64,000 nt of DNA. Origin: Ascidiella aspersa. Taxonomy: Eukaryota. Below, one piece after another: positions 15,101-64,000 of this stretch; the stretch's first letter is position 1, and every line of letters begins with the position of its first letter. Position numbers and translations under genes: made by a program. The stretch lies in assembly GCA_963924565.1 (NCBI GenBank), contig OZ004610.1, positions 28,334,001-28,398,000 on the forward strand, written 5' to 3'. Below the pieces are notes generated by a model, which was not told the DNA's origin, ran no database searches, and saw only the letters and a program-made list of their open reading frames with translations.

Positions 15101-18100
15101 GGAAGAAGTTATAAGATAAAAATTGGCACGCCGGCATGTTTGAGTTGGACACCCCTGGTTTAACTTAGACAAACTATATTTGTATACGGCCGTATTTGTC
15201 TAATTCTAAATAGAGGAATCAGGTGGCACTACGTACAGACAAATTTTATTGAATTCTCGACAAGCTTTCGCACAACCGTGCTTCATCAGGTCAACAATAG
15301 GGTGTATCTTTATAGAATCCAAAACCATCGGCGGCAGGTTTTTAGATCACTGCTCCGCTGACGCGTATATTAACAAGTAAAACTCATAGTTAAAAACATG
15401 AGTAAAAACAGGATCAGACGTTCTGTTTAAAAGGAAAATATATTAAGTGGCATCATCAGTTCCTGTAAGAGTACAAATAAATAAAATCAGAGCGCCATCA
15501 GGTCAAAGTATGAAGGATTTTAAATTTGTTTTTTCTACAGTGCCACCTGATTCCTCTATTTAAACAAATTAAAATCTTAGTATAGTGAAGGTATACCATA
15601 CCAGCGGCAGCTACAATACTACACGTAAAATCACAAAGGAATGCATATTTATATTAAACGTCGCGATCAGACATGAAGTTGCATTTTTGAGTAAAACATA
15701 TTAGTGAAAAATGGATAAAAACAGCCAAAGTTTTGTGCCTTTTTCTGGATTCACAACACAGAACCTCAAAATGTGATCAGCTCATCTTATTGTCAATTGG
15801 TCCTTTGTGCATAGATGGACCGGGCCGACGTGCGAAATCGACATTGCAGAATGTGACTCGAATCCTTGTCAGAACGGCGCGATCTGTAGCGAAGCCGAGG
15901 GACCCAATATGTACAAGTGCCAGTGCGCTGTACAATGGGAGGGCGTCAACTGCGAAACGAGTAAGAAAAAAAAGGATTTTATTATTATGTGTCCACCAAA
16001 AAAATGTTTGGACACACGTTGTTTTTGTTATTTATTATTTTTTCTCCAGTTTATTTCTTGTTGTTTTTTCAGGCTTAACGTAATTTTGTTTAACGCCTTA
16101 TTGGGCAAAGTATATACAAATTGTTGAAGTTTGTTGCATTACTTAACTTACAAAAGAAAATCGCTTTTTTTCTTTTAAAACGTTACGCAATTTTCATTGC
16201 TATTTTTCCAAGGTTTGTTTTCAGTTATACAGATTTTAACCGCTTTCCCCCCAAAATGGTCTAAATACTACATGTTAAAAAATGGTTTGACATTTGTTTA
16301 GACTTTTTATTTGTCTATTTTTTACTTTTATGCCCCACATAAAAACGGTATGGTTAACATGTTCGTTCTTCGAGTTAGATATAGATATACACGAACGAGA
16401 CGTACGCTTTTTGAGGATCATTATTACATGCAATTTAACCGTTTCAGGGCGAAGTCCTCCTTGCGATCCAAGCCCCTGTAAGCACGGAGCAACTTGCATT
16501 CCGGTCGGAGATTTCGAGCGAGAGTGCGAATGCGCACCTGGTTATTTGGGCGAACTGTGCGACGAAGGTATGTGAACTTAAATACGTAATTTTGAATGTT
16601 ACGTGCGGTGCTTCTATTAGCAGATATAACAGTGTTGTAAACAAGTCATTTTGAAACATCAGGTCAATTTCAAATCAGCTTCTTGTCAAAAAATTATGAA
16701 CAATAAATACCTTATTTAAAAATAACGCTAAACGCCACAAATAGCAAGAAATTTGTTTTATGCGCAAAACTTAACATCAATAACCCTTAGTAAAAACATT
16801 TGAACCTAACTCATTTGTCCAAAAGACTTAATTTAAGTCAAGTCATTTTATTCAAAAGAGCTAATTCAGGGCAGGTCATTTGAAAACAGTGACGTAAGTC
16901 ATTACAACACTGGCAGATAAGGGAATTTTTCGTTGTCTTGTTACATTCAGGTCCAGATTGCAGCAAAAATGTTGAATCATAATGCAAAGACGAGATCTTA
17001 TTTTCGAGCTTGACTGCGGGCTTAACTTCACAGTTGCTAAATTTGTTTGGCAAAATAATTTTTGTACTGGAAACTTATCATGTAATAATGCTAAAAACAA
17101 ACGATAATAAAAAATGGCGTAGAATATCTTATAATCAACTATATGTCCTTGTGTGATCATACTGTCATAGTAAAAAAAAACGGCCAAACCATTTATTTGC
17201 CAACAATAAAACCATATGTGTTGCAACAAAATATTAATATTTGCTTAATGAAAACAAAGGCTATAACCACACCTAAGGGTCTAAAATTAAACGCATTAAT
17301 ACAATACTAAAAACTATATACTTTTTAATTTAAATTGCTAAATGATTTGAGGTGACACTGTGACAAATCGCTTAAGAATCTTCGAGATTGTTTTGAATTA
17401 TTAACTGTCTAAGAATTACAGTCAAATCAGATTGGTAACTTACGCACAATTGTGTCGGTGAAAATTCGAAAACACTATAAAGGCAAGTTTTTAATTTCCT
17501 ATGGCTTTCACTTTGTTCTAAAGAGACCGGTTGCGGCAACCCAGGAATTCCCTACCTGAACAAAGACAGGAGATTTGACTTTGACACCGTTCTGCAATTT
17601 TCGTGCAAAGAAGGTTACATCATTATTGGACTCACCGTGTCCAAATGTCATTTGAATGGCTCCTGGTCTGTGGCCATGCCGGGATGCCGGGGTAAGTGGT
17701 TATTTTGTTGCATGTCACATTACATATTAGAATATAATTTACCAAAGACACTGCAAAAAACAGTCAAACTAATCTAATGTCAGACAACAATTAATCTTCG
17801 AACACGTTTTTACCCTATCGCACACAAATGTAATGCTTACAGTTCCACTGAAGTTTAGAATTTATTAGGCGGATTTCAATTTTAACTTACAAATTTCTCA
17901 GCCCACAGTACACCTTAAAACATAATTACCCGACATATTTTACAGTTTCTCGTTATTAAAAAAAATGAAATCACAATAAGACAAATAGAGCAACTATGCG
18001 TAAAGCGAAATTATCTATAAAACTTTAGTATTTAGGTCAACGGCATCATAAAATTAATACGCAGTATAGCGACGGAATAAAAATGCTCGAAATAAGCTCT

Positions 18101-19244
18101 AACACGGTCGGAATAATTCCTAAATCCATCGAAATACGATCAAAAATAAAGTCGTATACTGTAAGAAAATGCTATGAGTCAATTGAACACATTTGTTCTG
18201 ACATTGTCATTTTGGGTCTGTAGTTTAAACGTCGCTGCTTTGCACTGAACTAATGGCCTCTGTTTGAAGTTAGGACTAATGGGTGTGGTTAAAATTTGGA
18301 TCAATTGCTTTTACTGACGAAGTTAGTGATAAAGTTAGCGGTTGACTTCGGGGTTAGGCAAAAGGTCGTAATTTTTTTCTTCAGAACGTTTAGGTCTTCC
18401 GCAACTGTGTTTTATTTCAATGATAATGTTGATCTAGTTTCGGTCTTATTGCAGAAATCCATTGAAACATAAAATAAAAAGAGCTCACAAATAATGTTTT
18501 AATTTTAACCATTTTAGAAAATGGAACGTCTACTGAAAAAGAAACAGGCGTCAGTCCCTGGGCTAAGGCTATGATCGGTCTTGGAACCCTATTCACCGTT
18601 AACGTTGTTGTGATGGTGTCTTACTTGGTCTACAAAAGGTTATTGAAAAACATGAAACAACGCAATAATATACTTTATTTTATTTTATATTTTTACTACA
18701 TATTTGTTGTTGGGTATTTACTTAGCATAATGTTAAAAATTCTTAATCGTGTCAAACGTAATTAACCGCAAACTGTAGACTGTAGAGCTATTGGAAGCAC
18801 TACCATGCCTATACCTAATGACAGTACGTGTGTATAACAAAATTAAAACTTTGGAGCATAATGGTTGGAGGTTGGAGTAAGTAATAAGAATATCAAAGCC
18901 CATAAAGAAATGGGTATCGTTTTGAACGTTTCGAATAACTCAATTTATTTCTTTTCAACAAAATTAAAACTGGTATTCAACATACTGGAATAACATAACA
19001 CTGTAGACCTCAGTTCCTTAGGCATGATTTACATTTTTGTGTCCGTAATCGCTAACTATTAGGGTTGTATTACTTTTTATTTTGCAGTCCTGTGTCTGTG
19101 TTGGAAAAACTGAGAAGTCTAACATCAACGGAATTCAATTTGCAAAAGACAACCACACCTGCTCAAATCAGGAAGGAAGTTTCGTGTGTTTCGGCAACTC
19201 AAAGCGAAGATGTAGTCTCATTCGGATCAAGTTATCTTTCATGA
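9194..19244 (+). CDS. Signal peptide-CUB-EGF-EGF-EGF-sushi-TM type I membrane protein (~417 aa), tandem paralogue of the upstream gene
   Basis: Exons 9194-9263 (MKRKTVSHYLLPLAFLLCIRIFV), 10456-10610, 11659-11771 and 13588-13688 (CUB: CGG..GYIMSPGYP..DCTW..CDYDYL..YCG..LHFHSDESVNYRGFRLGY), 14427-14529, 15815-15960 and 16448-16567 (three EGFs), 17524-17691 (sushi), 18518-18638 (TM), 19088-19244 (tail, TGA). Total 1254 nt = 418 codons with an open frame. A possible extra 51-nt exon lies at 14041-14091. Confidence 0.88.
10260..10395. mobile_element. F1 foldback repeat copy (~110-bp arm ggagcataatggttggaggttgtagtaagacg...tgttgaaaatgaataaagagttattcgaaacgttc)
   Basis: Same sequence recurs at ~11451-11646, 13859-14005, 18851-18963, 35231-35370, 36010-36125, 39903-39976, 43288-43415, 45045-45112, 53841-54022 and 54322-54430, as single arms or head-to-head inverted pairs. 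Confidence 0.85.
13859..14005. mobile_element. F1 foldback repeat copy with hammerhead-like core at 13932-13963
   Basis: Antisense arm followed by a sense arm beginning gttgaaaatgaataaagtgttattcgaaacgtc. Confidence 0.8.
14127..14164 (+). ncRNA. Minimal hammerhead ribozyme (family F4)
   Basis: GGACA-CUGAUGA-U-GCCG(UGAU)UGGC-GAA-AUAU-A-UUUCU; palindromic AUAU; helix I pairs at 4 of 5 positions. A deleted antisense homologue lies at 15421-15463. Confidence 0.65.
14650..15157. mobile_element. hAT (Buster/Charlie-like) MITE
   Basis: TIR caggggtgtccaac / gttggacacccctg; TSD gttttact / gtttaact. Confidence 0.85.
15257..15294 (-). ncRNA. Minimal hammerhead ribozyme (family F2), followed by AATAAA
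   Basis: Reverse complement reads UUGAC-CUGAUGA-A-GCAC(GGUU)GUGC-GAAAGCUU-GUCGA, then gaattcAATAAA; nearly identical to 56836-56871. Confidence 0.8.
18851..18963 (-). mobile_element. F1 repeat single arm with U3-A8 hammerhead-like head (18920-18963)
   Basis: Reverse complement UUUUG-UUGAAAA-G-AAAUAA(AUUGAG)UUAUUC-GAAACGUU-CAAAA, then the F1 body ending ccattatgctccaa. Confidence 0.75.
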
Positions 19245-20439
19245 TAATCAGCCGCATCTCGGGTGAAACATAAAATAACTGAACGAAGAAATGGCATCAA
19301 CTAAACGAAACCCTACTCGCTTTGGTAAAATATAAGATTTCATTAGGTGCCATTATAATTTTTAGCCTATTAAACAGAAATCTCCTTCCTTAAGTTTATA
19401 CGCCCTTCTTGTGAGTTAAAAACGTCAACACTTTAGCTTACAAACATGTAAAAAAAAAAAACAACAGTTGCCCAAATAAGCAGTTTGTTTCTATGTTCAG
19501 CACAGGGATTTCTAATGTTTTTTGTTGTTCTACCTCTTGAATATTTTTGCGTTTTGCTAATATGTTATTTATAAAAAGTAAACAATTAATGCTTTTTTTT
19601 TCACCATGTTGAAATGGTTACCTTGCTCGAAATAAGGTGTTAATGATGATTGTAGTATAAATGTGTTTGCTATTTGTCGAATGATTTTATCAGAAGTAGC
19701 CTACACATTGTACTTACTTGTTCTGTAAGTTGCTAACTGAATTGTACCGTAATTTACGTAGATTGTAGAAGCGTCTATTTTGGTATAATAAATCTTTTCT
19801 ATCGTGAATGTGTAGCGTCTATAATGCTAGCCTATCTTACGGATTAATATATTCAAAGTCGGTGATATAAAACGTGGTCAAGCTAGAGTAAACGCAGATC
19901 CAGGATTATTGTTTGGTTGTCAAAAACAAAAAAATCAGAGATAAATTGACTCCACAAACTTACGCAAAACCGGACGGCGTGAATAAGCAGCCTAACTTTG
20001 AGAATACCACACAATTCGTTGATTTTGTTTGAGTTTTAGGTTCGGTGCATGTATGGTCACTGGCCTATACATGTGTACATCTGATATGCAAAATCTGGAA
20101 ATATTTTCTAAACTCAACTATAAAACAAAGTTTAGGACTTCTAGGTAAATGTTAGGGGTGTTTAAATATTTTTAATTTATTTTTTTTATTTTAAGAACAT
20201 TTAATTTTAAAATCCTGGATTGGTTTAAAAAATATGCAGATCCTGTTTCCAATCATAAGAGAAATATTGCCGTTTGATAGCAATGAAGTACCCTACATTG
20301 TGCTACATTTTTGCCTTCTGTAATATTTGATTATTTTTAAGCCCTGATTTTTGTAAATATTTTAGCAAAACATAGTGGTTTAAAATGTTAGCATAGTTAT
20401 AACCTTAAATTTAACCACGTCCGTACACAACACCTTACG

Positions 20440-20853
20440 GGGGTAAAATCTAAACATCGTCGCTTTTAGACTGAATGAAAATATACATGTGGTAAACACG
20501 CACGAAATCGACCCCGAATGGCGAAAATAAAATCACAAAGAAAAAAATATGCGACGGTATCCGGTCGCGCCATAGAAGTCGACTCATTTTGACGGCGACC
20601 GCGGCGGAGAGCGGACCAAGCACTTGCCTTTTCAATTTACAGCTCTTTCCAGGCGTGCATTTTCGGAGCAAACTGCATTCCGTAAGCATTTGGTTGTTAT
20701 AGCGACGTTTGGCCGTCGTCTTGGCGCGTTTCTGTCGGGTAAACACCCCGAAAATGCAGTCTCTCGGCCGCCAGCCAATCGAAGGTTTCTGAGGGTTTTT
20801 ACACTTACAACACCAACAAATCGAACGAAAAACACCGATTCTAATGTTGACAA
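20440..20853 (+). promoter_or_regulatory. Putative CHD1 promoter and non-coding first exon (CpG-rich island)
   Basis: CpG/GC-rich island in an AT-rich background ~1 kb upstream of the first coding exon, ending at a possible donor caa|gtaatg at 20854. Confidence 0.5.
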
Positions 20854-21749
20854 GTAATGTGCTTTTGGTAAATTTGTGAATAAACTCGAGTTTGTACATT
20901 AAAACACTTGATTCCATTCGTCCTTGACCACACCCTTTTTTCAAAAAGTTGCTTTTCCTGGCTTTTTCACCTTTATAAAGCTCAAATAACATGTACTTTT
21001 AGCAAAACAAGCACCAGATTTAAGTTACTTGCATTTGTTTTCTAATAATTTACAACTTTTTAAATTTTTAAAATACCCTTGATTCTTCATTTAATCATAC
21101 AAAACAGTGTTTTATGGTCACTTTGCAAACATAAATAGGAAAGTTAGAGAAAATACAAAGATTTTTAGAAACTATAAACACTGCTTAAAACCTATATTTT
21201 AATGTTACAGAGACTGAATGCATTATAAAACATGCAATGATCATTTTGTTGTACATCTTACAAAACTATAAATTGTAGAAAGCATACATTTTATCAGTTT
21301 TAGCTAAAAAAATGTGCACATTGAAACATTCACTACCAAAAGTGTTTTGCAACATGTGTATACAGTATATTGCTCTGTAAATACATTTTAACTGCAAATG
21401 TCAGTTTCTCTATACTATACTTGGCTAATTTACTAGTAAAATATATAGTATTTTTATCTAATTCTACAAAGTTTGTATCATTGCAGGCCACTCTTAGAAA
21501 ACCTTTACTGACAATTTCCCACAAATTTATTCCTGATCTTACCGCACTGGGAGACAAGTTTTAAAATTTATTTTGATGTAGATATGAGTGGAAACAGCAT
21601 AGACCTTTTCCAGTTTAAAACTAACATTATTTTGTTAATTTTGTGTGTTTATCCAAAAAATTAAATTTTATGTTTGGTTTCAGATTTAGCGATAGGGATC
21701 TTTCGCTCTAGGTACTATGTAAGTTTAGACAAGAGCTACTTATGATTTG

Positions 21750-62471
<40,722 letters not shown>

Positions 62472-64000
62472 TAGAACGCAGTACAAAGAAAATTGCAGTC
62501 GTTTATTCCAGGGTGCAGCGAAAGACCGTAAGGTACATCGAGTCAACTGCACCCTGTTTGCGAAAATGTTTGTTAGAAAAAAAAAACATTTACCCAGCAA
62601 AAATATTGTCTCGTTGAAAATTTGTTTTCCGAAATTGTGCGACTGTTTCAATACATTTAAAGCGACCATTCCTTTGTTTAAAAAGCATTTGTTTAGAACA
62701 ACAAGCTACTTTTGCATTTAATACGAAGGGCAGAAGATGCTTCACACACTGACGCACATCCGACCTTACCTTTGTTTTTAAACCTAAGTGGTGGTAAAAT
62801 CGACAAATTGCTGTAAAGCTATAAAAAGAATTTCCATATAGTAGAGTCGTTATGTTTATGAAGGGAGATTTATGATAATTTCTTGAGAAATAGATATAAA
62901 ATTTATTCAGCTCGACGCCGCCTATAAATTAAATTCCAAGCACATGATTTGATTTTCATGTCGATTGCCGCAAGTAAAGTTGCAGCACCATCATTCGATC
63001 CGTCTATTCGCGGGACGTTTCCTAATCACGCAACGAACGATCAGCAAATATAACCTATAAAGCGTGCGTTTTTTGATGGCCTGGCTTGATCAGGATGTGC
63101 CGCGAACTGCCATTAGTTTGTGATAGCGTTTCCTTCTCATGAGCGACGTTTTCCTAACAAGCGTTTCTAAATTTAACGCCACTTTTCTTTTCGTTGATCT
63201 GTCTTTGACGCGACGAAACGTCTTTTCTGTGTTAACGTGCTGACTGCATCCGATGCTAAGACCTTTAATAGGTCTTCGGCATTCTTCCTTGTGAAAGGAC
63301 ACAGCGTGCCGCCCTTTTGCGATCGAGGAAAAACGCGTTTGACATTGAAACGCGTAAAATGGATGCCTGGTCAATGTTTGACAAACTCGGGATACGGTTC
63401 TTCCAAATCGCATTTTCAAAAGGCCGACCACCAAATTTAACGCAAACGTCAATTCTACGAAAAAAGCGCATCTGTAAACAATGTTTACGCGCAACCGTGC
63501 ACATTTTTTTACGAAAATCGTCTAACTAATCGCAGTGGTGAGAAAGGTTTATGCAATCAGGTGAGCTGAGGTGATCTATTTTATGTTTAAAAAGTGTTAA
63601 ATGTGTTTAATTTTTGTAAAATCTGTTAAATTTGCCTGCGGTAAGATATACAGCAGTATTGCACAACCATTCTGTGCCTAATACGCGTTCTTGCAAAACT
63701 GCGTGTCCTGTTCACAGTCACTTTTACTTAGTATTTACACTTTTCGTTTGTTTTTCTACCGACACAGACATATGGATCCTGTTAATTAATTAAAATAGCT
63801 TGTAAGCTGATTATTTTTTCTTCTCCAACACAACATTTTATATAATGTATGTATCTTGCATGGGGCGTGTTTATCTAACCACACGCTTTGGTCCGTTTAC
63901 ACGTCTAAACGGACGTGCATTTTTTTTTCATGTTCAGATTTTGACATGTGGTTAACTCGTACTCAGGCAGGTTTATATAAAAAAGCTTTTTCGTCCGAAT

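Noticed and set aside
20450-20992. 180-aa minus-strand ORF
   Set aside because: No recognisable domain; overlaps the CpG-rich CHD1 promoter region.

Overview
AT-rich, intron-rich animal genomic DNA; the gene content and repeats suggest a marine invertebrate, possibly a tunicate (inference only). Four spliced genes were reconstructed by hand. (1) The 3' end of an EGF-EGF-sushi-TM type I membrane protein (+, 606-6185). (2) Its complete tandem paralogue, signal peptide-CUB-3xEGF-sushi-TM (+, 9194-19244). (3) CHD1/2 chromodomain helicase (+, ~21750 to beyond the window end). (4) An adhesion GPCR (C-type lectin-like domain, mucin stalk, GAIN/GPS, 7TM; 913 aa) nested antisense in a 16.8-kb CHD1 intron (-, 43794-37600). 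Introns contain many hAT-type MITEs with 8-bp TSDs. The most unexpected signal is at least five distinct families of short repeats that carry minimal, Penelope-type hammerhead ribozyme motifs, often as head-to-head inverted pairs. The most abundant family (about 11 copies) has a covariant U3-A8 core instead of the canonical C3-G8.
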